In this document: piece by piece, positions 1-10,877 of the stretch
Layout of the letters: every line of letters starts with the position of its first letter
How positions within the stretch are numbered: position 1 is the stretch's first letter
Origin: Cladosporium halotolerans
Lineage: Eukaryota
Assembly (NCBI RefSeq): GCF_011745625.1
Contig: NW_027191507.1
Location: forward strand, 1 to 64,000
Direction: 5' to 3'
Length of the DNA stretch: 64,000 nt
Made by a program: the position numbers and the translations under genes
The notes under the pieces: model-generated
What the model saw: the letters and a program-made list of their open reading frames with translations, nothing else
The model's database searches: none
What the model was told of the DNA's origin: nothing

Positions 1-729
1 GTCGCTCGTCCACCCATTAGGCGATGAGGCGAAGTGGCACTCGTGTTCCTCCGGCTCGAAGTCGTTGAGCCACGTGTCTTGCAAATTACCAGAGATCGCC
101 TTGTAGATTAGAGCTGGCGACAACTTGGTACCGTCTGCGCATATCGTGGCCACAACCGTGATCCACTCTCTGCTACCGTCCTGGCCTGCTTTTGTGAGGC
201 TTCCTCGCTCGTACAGCTCTCGTGCGAAGATCCTTCGGGTCTTTTGCAGCTTGCCGATGAGAAAGCCCTTCTCGTCCATGTTGTATGTATTGCCAGCACT
301 TATCTTGTATTCTTCTACTTTCTGGCCAACAATGGCGAAGTAGGCCTCATAGCTACTTCTGGAATCAGCTCTGTGGCGGGCGAGGTCGATGGTGTTGAGA
401 TATCGGGCATCAAGCCTGTGCTTGTGTCTTGCCACAAAACGCGAGGACCAGTTCTTTGAGAGCTTTCTCCCACATAGTTCTTGGGCAATATTGGCGACAA
501 TTTTGGGTGTAGGTGGAAGGCATCGCTCACAAAGATGGTGTATGTAGTTCACAAGCTCTTCTTCCTGCTTATCGTTGAGCATCCTCTGCGACTCGTAGCC
601 CCGAGCACGTGAGGAGGTTTTTGCATGGACACGCTTGCTAAGCGCGGATCTGGTAAGCCCGTGTTTTCTTGCGACGTCAGATATCTTCAGACCATCAGAA
701 GACCCTAATTCTGCAAGCGCTATGTCCAT
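1..729 (-). mobile_element. pogo/Fot1-type (Tc1-mariner superfamily) DDE transposase, 5' part; runs off the left edge of the window
   Basis: Manual translation from ATG at 729 is open to base 1: MDIALAELGSSDGLKISDVARKHGLTRSALSKR (HTH) ... LNDKQEEELVNYI...LPPTPKIV...NWSSRFVARH (Tc5/CENP-B HTH) ... YNMDEKGFLIG ... DGSREWITVVATICADG...IYKA...SPNGWTSD (DDE_1 motifs). Not in the ORF track because no stop lies inside the window. Confidence 0.92.
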
Positions 730-787
730 TGAGTTGCGGTCGTTGAGAAATCACGTAGAGAAGAGGACGCGTTGGTGCCGCGTCAAG

Positions 788-817
788 CGTGCCTGAGGTG
801 TGGACGTGCTTGAGGTG
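788..817. repeat. Two 13-bp direct repeats upstream of the transposase, probably inside its terminal inverted repeat
   Basis: CGTGCCTGAGGTG (788-800) and CGTGCTTGAGGTG (805-817), 17-bp period, about 60 bp upstream of the ATG. The other TIR lies outside the window. Confidence 0.45.
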
Positions 818-2832
818 GGGAAAGCTTCTAATCTCCATGCACGATCAGCACAAAGCAGCGATTGGAAGATCGATCACCACACCTCGATATTGCCTGCACA
901 CTCACAGGCCTTCTTGACAAAGGAATGGTTGACCTACTTTTCTCGACAATCGAGCGAGCCAATTTCGACTCACGGACCAGAAACCGTTATGCGACGCAAC
1001 AGATCCGAGACCGTGCGCCGGTCGAAGAATCATGACTCAACCGTCTTGGCGGTGGCCCAAACACAATCGGACCTCGCGTTTCGTCGTACCAACTGAAAAC
1101 TGGGCCAGAGGACGACTCCGTCTCGCGGAACGCTCTTAGGACTGGTTCAGCTGCCTGACTGAACCAAATTCGCGTTGGAGAGATTTCCTTCCGCCACAGG
1201 TGTGGCCCATGTAAAGCAGGATCCTTTTTTTTTTGCGCTCTTCTTTACGACATAATCCCGCCGATAAACCCCCAACTCGATCGCTCGTTGGGTGGTCAAT
1301 TCTAACGGTTTTGCACTTCCGTGCCCTGGGCTTCGTGGATGGGTCGTTAGAGCATGCCGAGTCCCGAAATCGCAATGACTGCCAGACCGACCATCATCAC
1401 CGCTGCCGTCAGTGCGCACCCCTCTCCGCTATACCATCCCCTCTGCTCCATCTTGCGCACGCTTTGAGCAATCACCGCTCAGCGCTTTCTCTCTTTCGGA
1501 AGTCTCAGATTCTAGTGTGACCAAACTGGAACAACATCTGCCGGCGAGCCCGTGACACGCGTAATCATGCCGCCGGAAAGATTTATCAATGTCGTTCCCC
1601 ATTTTGCGGGCTTCGGAAAACGTGACAGAGCTGCGATTCGAACATGCTAGGGCCGTCCGCAATCTCGTCAGAAGCTGTCTTTTTAGACTATGAGTACTAC
1701 TCGTCGGTGTCTTGAAGCACGGAATGCCGTCCATGGTGCCCGGTCGCCTCCAAAATCTGTCGGTTCGCCTCGCAGAAGAACCGAAAGCATGATTTTGTCA
1801 AGAAAGTCCCAAGACATGCCACAGCTATGGTCTTCAATTGGTTCTGCCTTGATGCGATTCAACTCAACATCTTCATCAACGGCGAACCCATCAATCAGTC
1901 TTGTCCAACTTCTACCCGGTAAGGAAGGGCATGGAACTTACCCAGAAAATCATTTGCAGCCTGAAAACACGAAATAAAGTTTGTCTCCGACTCGTGGAAT
2001 TGGCTTCTACCGGGGCTGTCACGCAAAGGCATGATAGCCTCTGAGGTCGAGCTCATAGCCCAAGATGCAACAATCTCCTCATGCAAACGGCAATTTCAGT
2101 TACGAACAGTACGACATAGCTGCCCTCTACGCTTCCGGCGAGATGGCAGTCCCATCGTGACACGACTTTCGCCTCCAGCCAGGATGATCTGCGCAAGCCT
2201 TCCGCTGAGTATGCGATTCGCTAAGCTCGACTCGCTGGACGGGCGGCAGACCAGACTGGCGCACTTATGGCGCAGGTCCCGTCTAATAGATTTGGTCGGC
2301 TGCGCTTCAGCTTTCCCATCTCTATACCGAAATATTTATAGCTCATGGAAACGGCTGCTACTGCTGCAGGACCAAGGATCGACACAATTATCGACAGTTG
2401 CGTACAGCCTTTGGGGCACGCGGGCCTTAGAGATGATGTGAACCATTTCAAGATTGCCCAATTCACTATCCGGTAGAGCCAGAGGACTTTTCCATCACCA
2501 GCCCTCCGCCGAGGGTGGAAATGGCTGCTTGCGTTACACCCAACCACAAAATGTCAGCAGCAACACAGTACAAAATCTCGACGGCGTTGACTCAATTGAC
2601 TTTCGCTACAGCCGATGCAAATTTTGGGCGACGGTGCCATGGTCATGAGCGACAGCATTCATCCTAGACAGCGATGGTTCCATGAAAAATTCGCCCTGCC
2701 AGATCCGCAGTCACGCTGCTTTCATCTGCTACACCACACTGTATTTTACCGTTATTCACCCTGCTGGCTTGCTCTAAAGCTTGAAACAGTTCTGAGCCCG
2801 GACCCCAATTCCCACTGACAAAAGACGGCACA

Positions 2833-4632
2833 TCACACGTACGGGTACTCCCAGGAGTCGCTCCAGTCAAATTCCAGCTCAAGGAAGCTCCAACTGGTCC
2901 TTCGACGTTCGATCGCGCGCAGGCAAAAGGACAACAAGCGTCCGAGGACGGCATCGCCGCCAGTAAAAGTGTGCTCTTGACAAGATCGTCCCAAAGCGAA
3001 GCGACAGCGCGAACACTGCAGTCTTGCCATCATTGCGGTAAAGCCAGGCACATTCGACGAACAGTCTGTCCGGAAAAGTGCCCGATTGGTCCAGTCATCC
3101 TCAAGATCTAGGCTCCAGAAATTCCCGCTCGACTGTCTCACGGCCTCCACCCCGGCAACGTCTTCCCACCAAGTGAGCTTGCGTAAAATATCAAAATCAG
3201 CAATCACACTTTGCCGCCTCTTCTTAGCCGTGTACGGTGCGAAGGAGATGCAGAGGGTGCCATCGTCACCCATTCTTCGAAGTTTCGGCTCTGGGATCCG
3301 ACATGGGTTCAACGCCGCCCGTTTCGTCTGATGAACGTAGTCTATCCCTCCCCGGGCGTACTTGTCGGCCTCACTTTGAGCCTTCTCGCGGAGAGCGCTG
3401 TCATGGCAGTCTCCGACCTGCCAAACATAGGATTGCCCGGCTGCTGTCCGTTGTGCGTACATGCATGCCGCCCCAAAACCGGTGATGAAGCACTGCGCGA
3501 TCGAGGAATGTAACTTCAATACTTCCTGGATACTGCTCTGCTGCGCCGGATGCTCAGGGTGCGCTGCCAGCTGCAACTCGTGACAACGGCCTCTGTGCTG
3601 CAGAGTACCGTACAAGACCCTTTGCGGCGAGGACATCCGCCGCCCCTCGACGTGGGCGCCGTGACTTTCGCGCGGCAGATCCCATTTTACGCCTATCGAG
3701 AGTAGATACGCAGCGAATTTGAGCCAATGCGACACATGAGGGTGTGTGATGAACCTCCAATCTGCGTCCAACAGACTCGCTTCCGGCCAGAAAAAGCCGA
3801 CCGCGCGCGAACCGACGAGCACGACGTCGCATTCGTGCATCATGCTGCGCAAGCCTTCCGGGTCTTGGACGAGCTTCGTCAACAGTGGGATTGGATTGCA
3901 CCTGCGTTTAATCAAGCAGTCAATCTCGGCCTGATTGAAACCGAGTACTCTTGCCAAGGCTCTCATGGTGCCGGGCTTCAAGCCGGACCAGGAAAAGATG
4001 TTATCCAAACAATCGAAATTCAGCCTCACGCGCGGTGTCAGAGGTGCCCTCCGCTCTGTATCTCTGGTCTTCGCAGGCGACGACGGTGCGCATCCGGGCC
4101 CCGACGGCGATCTCCGGACTATCTTCTCTTGAGCAACCGTGCTACAGCGCTCCGCAAAAGCCAGAATTCCACTTTCGCGCCAGAATCTGGGAACCCGAGC
4201 CGTAGTCAGCCTGGGCTTCATCCTGCTGTAGAGGGTTTCAAATTTCTCGATAGCCTCGTCGTACAAGTATACCTTGCCGAGCAAGCCGACCTCCGCTCCG
4301 ACAGGTGTCACTGTGTGACGCCGTGAAATCCATTTTTCTTGTTGCCATGTTGTGAAATGGCCAACGAGCTCTTTCTGTGCTTTGAGCAGATCGGGCACTG
4401 CAACGTTCAAGCCCCAAGCCAGAACGCTGTCATTCCATTTGCCCGCGCCTTCAGCAATATAGTGTAGCGCGTACCACTCAAACGTCGGTGGATGTCGAGT
4501 CACGCTAGGTTCTACGAGCTCGGGCAAAGACACTTTGAGTTCTGAGCACCAAGCTTCACGAGCAAGGTACGCCTCCACGCGATCAGTATCACCAACAATG
4601 ACGTCCTTTTGCCAGCTTCTTCCTTCAGACAT
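2833..4632 (-). CDS. Hypothetical 599-aa protein with a Pol-beta-type nucleotidyltransferase-like motif
   Basis: Long uninterrupted ORF. VVLVGSRAVGFFWPEASLLDADWRF resembles hG[GS]x9-13DhD. Confidence 0.6.
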   Translation of the reverse strand: MSEGRSWQKDVIVGDTDRVEAYLAREAWCSELKVSLPELVEPSVTRHPPTFEWYALHYIAEGAGKWNDSVLAWGLNVAVPDLLKAQKELVGHFTTWQQEKWISRRHTVTPVGAEVGLLGKVYLYDEAIEKFETLYSRMKPRLTTARVPRFWRESGILAFAERCSTVAQEKIVRRSPSGPGCAPSSPAKTRDTERRAPLTPRVRLNFDCLDNIFSWSGLKPGTMRALARVLGFNQAEIDCLIKRRCNPIPLLTKLVQDPEGLRSMMHECDVVLVGSRAVGFFWPEASLLDADWRFITHPHVSHWLKFAAYLLSIGVKWDLPRESHGAHVEGRRMSSPQRVLYGTLQHRGRCHELQLAAHPEHPAQQSSIQEVLKLHSSIAQCFITGFGAACMYAQRTAAGQSYVWQVGDCHDSALREKAQSEADKYARGGIDYVHQTKRAALNPCRIPEPKLRRMGDDGTLCISFAPYTAKKRRQSVIADFDILRKLTWWEDVAGVEAVRQSSGNFWSLDLEDDWTNRALFRTDCSSNVPGFTAMMARLQCSRCRFALGRSCQEHTFTGGDAVLGRLLSFCLRAIERRRTSWSFLELEFDWSDSWEYPYV

Positions 4633-6057
4633 GACGAGGCGACTCTGTGCGAAGTGATGTCATCCGCGATACCGACGGCGGCGAGTGCGTAAGAACACTG
4701 ATCTGGACATGTCTAAGACTTGTACCGGTACGGGACCAGTCAGTGAGTTGCGTCCAGGCATTTCAAGAGCCATCATGGAGAAACAGAAGTTGCAGGGGGT
4801 CGGATGGAGCAGCGTGCCCGCAGAGGGGTTCAAATTGTATTCTGAGCGAACGAGGTGCTACAAGAGGATGGTTTGAGATGGCTAGAAAGGGGGGGCGCCG
4901 GAAATCGTTGCGACAAATGGCACTGGGGTGAAAAATTGGAACCATACAGTAGTGAAGTGTATGGCGATCTCTTGCTAGTAATCATGTAGTTGCGATGCAT
5001 GGTACAGTCATGATTCGAGAGAGACTGCATCTTCAGTCTTCAGCAACAGAATCAGAGCCTTCGTAGTTGTCGGATCGGATGCCACGGGACGGCGATACTA
5101 TACTGCGGAGCAATATATAAGAAGTGCAGAGCTCCTCTTTAGAAACTCTGCTACACTCGAGCGGCATCCATCGCACACAACCCGTAAATCCCCGGATACG
5201 ACACGAAAAGACACCATGATCACGGCCCAACTCGTAGATGCACACCTGGCACGCGCGACGAGCGCGCACCCGAGACCAACCACGGACGTTGCAAGCGGTA
5301 ACCTCAAAGCCTTGGACGGCGACAGACGTTCTCCCGATCCTCACCAACCACCGCCAAGAAATGGCCCTCCTTCCTCGTCTTCAACTCGTGCGACTGCTCC
5401 CATCGATTCTTTCGACAAAGAAAGATACGTGGCTTATCTGGAAACGCTGAAGGTGCAGCTGCGCAAATACGCCGAACGTCGCTGAGAAGAACAATAACGA
5501 ATGCACGACTGGGAAGCTTAACGCTTTCCGTTGTTACCTCGTTGACGCCAAGCAGCCACTGCATGACGGACTTTGCAAGATGTGTGAGGGAGCGCTGGAG
5601 CTGGTCAATGGCGAGGAAAAAGGCGTAATTTACTGTATGGCTGAACCCAGAGTGACGCCATGCCACCTTCCTGCACAGCACTGCCACGTTAGTGTACCTT
5701 ACCAAGACAAAACCAATGCTTTCTCCCTCATTCGATTCTCGTGTATCATAAGGCGATGTTGGACGCCCAAGTATGAGTCATGCTAATCTCGTGCGACTAT
5801 TTAGATCCCATTGACCCTGAGCAGTGTTATCATTCCCCTCTTGCTCAAGCCTAGCCACGAGTGCCGGCCTCTCCAATCGAGCGCTTCGCCCATTGGAATA
5901 CGTCCATATAGGCTTACCGACGACCAATGCGGACGCGGCCTTCGCTGCGCGCAAACGACTGCGCACCCTTCCAAGTCGGGTTCTCGGTCAGATCCACGGA
6001 CAGTACGAGGGCCACATCGCCCTCTTCTCGTACTGTTGGAGCGTGGCAATCTGCTTT

Positions 6058-6330
6058 GAGTATTTAAACTATATTTCTATATATTTCTATAGTAATATTT
6101 ACAAATATTCGTCGACTTATTCTCCGTAAGAAAAGAGAATAGATGAATTATTAGCGGCTTCTTAAAGCCTAGCTATTTCGCGCCTATCGCGTACTTAATT
6201 TCAGGATTAACGTGATAATATCATTAGTGTTATTAGGCGATTTCAAAGCAAATAATAACGGAATTACTTTTGTAGATAGATAAAAATTTAATTTAGAGGA
6301 AGGTGTATTTCAAGTACCCAGAAATATCGA
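6058..6330. other. AT-rich, TpA-rich island (RIP-like relic)
   Basis: Abrupt composition shift in a GC-rich background, e.g. tatttaaactatatttctatatatttctatagtaatatttac. Confidence 0.55.
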
Positions 6331-6751
6331 GTGTGAGGGAGCTAGAAGCCCATTGAATTTGGAAAAATAGCGCGCCGGCTAGCGATGTCTGAGTCTAACC
6401 CGGATGATTTTGCAACGAATTGTCGCTGAGCCGCATGTCGCGCGTAGCGTGCCGTGAAAGCAGGTGACTGCAGAAGAGCAAAGTATGGTCCCAACACCGA
6501 AATGTGTGGGCATGCAGAGTATGGCACAGTATTGAGCTTGATCAAAACGTTTCTATAGGTCCAGTGACTGATTGACGCGAGATAGACTTGAACGAGTGAT
6601 ACTGTATGGCACGACACTGCTAGCTGTTTATTGACACAAGCACAATGCCTTCGTGTACACAGATTAAGTCACGATCGCAGCTCGATTCGTCTCCTTGACG
6701 CTTGGAGAGGCCACATGCCATCTTTGTCGCTAATGCCATCAACCCAACCAA

Positions 6752-7413
6752 CTATACGATCTGCGCAATCTTCGACGAGTGTTTCCTCCACCCTGTAAGC
6801 TCAGTTTTGGAGTGCCTTCGATGCTGAGGTCCGTGGCGCGACGTTGTCTGCTCTTTTTCTCCAACACTGGTTTGCGAAGTAGTTGCTCTGTCGAAGGGCT
6901 TCTTGATCTTGCTGCCTTGCGCTTCCGTCATCCTTGACGTTCTTTGGGTTCTGCAGGCTGGCAATGACCTTTTTCGGTGATGACATGGCTCAAATCCGTG
7001 TCTGGAGTGTCTTCACTTCGATTGGAGTCCTTCTCTCCAAAGTTACGCCGTGCGGCTTCTTGACGCGTCTGTTGTAGCGCTCGCTCAACTAGATCGCAAC
7101 GAGCTTCCAGGCTTTCGAGTCTTTGAATGGTCGTCACGAAGGAACCGCGCGTGCGCCTGTATCCATGGTTTGGTTGGTCCGGAACTGCTTGCGGCACCTG
7201 CTCACAACCAGTCGAGAGCTGTTGGTCCGGCGTTGGCTTGACCGTGCTCGTAGGAGACCATCTCCCGGCAAGGCCTGGGGGGACAACTCTTGGGATCGCG
7301 CGATGCGTCGAAGCACACACATTGGCCTGGCCTGAATCGTACCGCTCGGGTGGATCAGGCATGCTGTTATACCCACGCCAGGCAGTGATTGCTGCGGTGA
7401 ACACGGCGGCCAT
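6752..7413 (-). CDS. Possible hypothetical coiled-coil protein, perhaps frameshifted
   Basis: ORF 6928-7413 has a heptad-like stretch (IQRLESLEARCDLVERALQQTRQEAARR) and an overlapping downstream ORF. No family recognised. Confidence 0.25.
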
Positions 7414-7755
7414 CGTTTTAGAGTTGCTATCTTTGGCGACCTGTCGTCGAGTCTGCTCGCCGGGGAAGATTTCTTCGATGAGGTGCGAAAATCGTTCGGC
7501 GTCACGTTAGATGACGATCGCAAAAGATTGCTACGAGTCTAGGACAGTGCTACGTTGTTGTAGAAGGATCGAGAGGAACTGCTTTAATGACGAAGCGCCC
7601 ACAATCGGGTCAACTTGGTGGGGAGATGGGGGTCTTCGAATGAAAATACGGTCACCGCAACTCGCTTCCACCACGCCTTCTCGGACGGGTTCGCCCCTTA
7701 GCTGTTCCTTTGGGGTTCCATTGACCCTCCGGCAGCACTTGTCTGCAGTGAACCT

Positions 7756-8916
7756 TTGGACCTTCGTTCAGCGCGCTGCACCATCACCACTCCAGATCCG
7801 CCGATGACACTTGGTAAGTTTGACGCATTCTTGGTCGGTCGCCCAAGGCCCAACACGATACATGCAGTTTGTCCAGCTTTATTGCCTCCCAATGCCCTCC
7901 TCTCCGGCACATCAAGCAGCCTCGATCGTGTGAGCGAAGGTTGTTGGTCCGAAAATCTCCATCGTGTGCGACCAAGTGCTGCGGCTCCTCCTGACTCCGA
8001 GAACGCCCGCCCAGACTGCAAAGTCTGGCTCGATACCGTGGGCCGGGACGCAAGCGCAGATGGATCCTATTGTGATCATGGCTTGAGAGGGAAGTGCGAA
8101 GACGACTGTCGAGACAGTCGCTACGAGCGGGCCCGCGAGTGTGGGTGCTGTTTTGGGCTTGGAAGCACGCACAGCAACGTGATTACACCTACAGACGTGT
8201 CTTTGTGTGGAACAGAGGGTGAAAATACAGAGGAGGTTATGAACCTCGATGACCCCTTGACATCGGCACGGTCGAGCACCAACGCACATAGCGGCCGAGG
8301 ATGTCTGGAAAGACGAGCACCAGGGGACGTTTCCTCGCGGTGGACCTCGTTCTCTCGCACGCTCTTCGAACAAAGATTTTTCACTAAGTGGGAGAAACGC
8401 CTGGCACTTGACGTTGGCTCAAGCATCCGCAAGCGCGGAAACGACGCTGGTCGGCACAACACCCTTGGACGGCTTCTCATGCCTCCAGAGGGCCGCGGTT
8501 CGAGTGGTACTCCCGACCACCACAAACCTCTAGACCTGACGACAAATATCTCTAGGACCTCAGAAGTGTATGAATATGTCTTTGAGCGGCCTAGACCGGC
8601 TTTCTTGATGGCTGGTGCTCAGGCAAACGTATCGACGGGTGCTCTCTCCACCGCAGCGTCTTCCGCGGTGCTTCCGCCCGCATTCATGCCCAAAATCGTT
8701 CACAAGGATCTCGAGTTGGATTCGAGGGTGGAATATGAGACAGCGTCGACGAGTCCAGCTTACTCGGTAGAGGCTGACGAAATGATCGACTGCGACTTTG
8801 GTAAAGACGAATCCGAGTTCGCTGGTCTCCGGAAAGGCTGGTATAAGATGCAGACCCTGTGCGCACGAAATTTGGCTGGATCCTCTTCACGGCGTCGTGC
8901 GCGTTCTCAATTGTAG
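7756..8916 (+). CDS. Hypothetical protein (up to 386 aa; first ATG at 7804)
   Basis: Long ORF with no recognisable domain. Confidence 0.45.
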   Translation: MDLRSARCTITTPDPPMTLGKFDAFLVGRPRPNTIHAVCPALLPPNALLSGTSSSLDRVSEGCWSENLHRVRPSAAAPPDSENARPDCKVWLDTVGRDASADGSYCDHGLRGKCEDDCRDSRYERARECGCCFGLGSTHSNVITPTDVSLCGTEGENTEEVMNLDDPLTSARSSTNAHSGRGCLERRAPGDVSSRWTSFSRTLFEQRFFTKWEKRLALDVGSSIRKRGNDAGRHNTLGRLLMPPEGRGSSGTPDHHKPLDLTTNISRTSEVYEYVFERPRPAFLMAGAQANVSTGALSTAASSAVLPPAFMPKIVHKDLELDSRVEYETASTSPAYSVEADEMIDCDFGKDESEFAGLRKGWYKMQTLCARNLAGSSSRRRARSQL

Positions 8917-9370
8917 ATGAGTTGCCTTTCGAAGAGCTATTACCCCCGAGGCACACGAGGGAAACAAGACATCCTCACCTTGCGATTGCGCATTGCCGCC
9001 ACGTTTGACACATTGTTCTATCTCTGCTTCAAAGGTCTCGATCGACTAGTCAGGATTGTAGTTCGAGGCATGCGCCATCTTCGGCCTCGGGAGGTCCCAA
9101 CACACGTGCTGTAGTACAGTCACCACCTTCGTGCTGGGCATCACTGCCCCCAGCTTCAAGTATGACCACCTGTAGATAGCTGCCCTGGAATCTTCCAGTA
9201 GACACACAATGACACAACCCTTGATTGCAGTTTCCTTCCACATCCGTTCCACATCCATCATGGTGCAAAACACATCACCCACCTCAGCCAGAAGATAATC
9301 CCCGCCGAGCACCCGCCGAGCACACTACTTTGCCCGGGGACATCGTTGAACGGCGCCCACGCCAACACAA

Positions 9371-9560
9371 ATCCTCTACGACCTCAACATTGAGTAGTTC
9401 CTCGCTCCCCTTGGCATGGCCGGCCTGACGGCCCACTTCTCTTTCTACGACATCGGTTCTCCGAAGAAGGCCGAGACCATCTGCAGCTCCTCAGCCATCG
9501 GTAACGTCGGCCTCTTCGAGGGCAGGAACTTCGAGAAGGCTGTTCTAGCGCATCCAGTGT
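9371..9560 (+). pseudogene. Remnant of an NADP-dependent alkenal/prostaglandin reductase (MDR family) with an internal deletion
   Basis: *FLAPLGMAGLTAHFSFYDIGSPKKAETICSSSAIGNVG matches the family's LGMPGLTA...GETIFVSxAAGAVG. It is joined directly to LFEGRNFEKAVL, which resembles the family C-terminus (GxNFGKAV). An in-frame TAG lies upstream and a poly(A) run at about 9562-9586 follows. Confidence 0.7.
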
Positions 9561-9866
9561 CAAAAAAAAAAAAAAAAAAAAGAAAAAGCCCCATTCTGGG
9601 GCTAGACATGGTCAAATGATCTGTTCTAGAATTTTCCAACTTTCATTTGGCGCCGGCAGACATCCTCGCCACCGGTGTGCTTAAATACCCTTGCCCTCGC
9701 CCGTGGCCTAGCTCTCATTGCCCCCACGCCCACTGCTTCATGCCTTTCAAATCGCAACGGCCTCACACTTTCCACTCGCCCATTGCCATCGTCGATACCG
9801 TACTTGCTACTCGCCAACACGACCTACTTTCGATCTCTATTCGATCTCCAGCAAGGCTCGAGAAAT

Positions 9867-10355
9867 ATGTTTGAGACTTTGCGCCAGTGCGTTGTGGCGG
9901 TCTCGCTGGGATATAAAAATGTCTCCATCTACACACTGCCGCTTGTCTGGGCGATGTGCTCGTGACCTCATCTGTTTGCACTATGCACCTACACCCTCTC
10001 GACGGGCAAAACCGTCGGACGCGGTCAGCCCCGTGATCTCGTCCAAGTCGCCGGCTCAGATCCTGCACTCTCTTCTTGTACTCGAGATCGGATCCTTCGC
10101 GCTGAAGCGGCAGCGGCAGATGTCGGCCATACTGCACCAATGTTTGCCAGCGCAATTCTGGCTGGAAATCTTGTCGGCCTTTCGCCCGGATCGCTAAATC
10201 TTTTCAGTCTGGCTTACCTTGTTACTCGGACGATGTATGTAATTGCATACGTAGCCTACGAGACCACTGGCGGTGTCTTTGTCAGATCTCTTTTGTCCTT
10301 GTCCTGCCACGCTCTCATCTGGACGATTTTCGCTTTTGCTGGAAAGGACAGCTGA
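9867..10355 (+). pseudogene. MAPEG-family membrane protein with one in-frame stop (TGA at 9963-9965)
   Basis: One frame reads NVSIYTLPLVWAMCS*PHLFA...QPR...RILRAEAAAA...PMFASAILAGNLVGL...LNLFSLAYLVTRTMYVIAY...VRSLL...IFAFAG, the fungal MAPEG pattern. Confidence 0.7.
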
Positions 10356-10877
10356 GCACGACACGACCTCTTGGGAGTGGGCCACAGTATTAGACAATTG
10401 GCATGGAGCACGAACGGCAGATGTGCGGGTCCTCGCCGGTTAGAGTGGATACGAACTTTTACGGGGCGAGAAGGATCCAACTGGGTGCAGTAGAGTGCGG
10501 TATCGTACAGTGCAGTATAAAGCGCCGCAATGTCACGTGTGTTTCCAAACACCCTGAAGTTACCCGCCTGTTGAATGCCTTTGAGGAAGCTTTCGATTGA
10601 CCTGACAAAGATGTGCCGATTCTAGCTGCCAAGTGGCGCCCGGCTTTTTTTTTTTTTTTTTTTTTTTGTTTTTCTTTTTCGCATTCCGATGATGACAGAT
10701 ATGAGCAGACACTGAGGGTGCCGTATTTGCCGCTCTTTCAGAGCCGGGATCTCTGTCGAGAAGGCGTAGTCACGTGTCTTTAGCCTCGAGACCGGCGCTG
10801 AGCTGCAAAAGTACCCTGGAGCACATGGACCGGTCTGCTACTCGAACCAGCTCATCGAAAAGATCGTCTTGCAATCG

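Noticed and set aside
1100..2800. Several short ORFs that may be a decayed minus-strand gene
   Set aside because: Stops occur in all frames and no family is recognisable.
5580..5640. EEKGVIYC resembles RecQ helicase motif IV
   Set aside because: Too short, and no other helicase motifs were found in neighbouring frames.
9963..9965. In-frame TGA in MAPEG as selenocysteine or readthrough
   Set aside because: Ascomycetes lack Sec machinery and the position is not a conserved Cys; a nonsense mutation or sequencing error is simpler.
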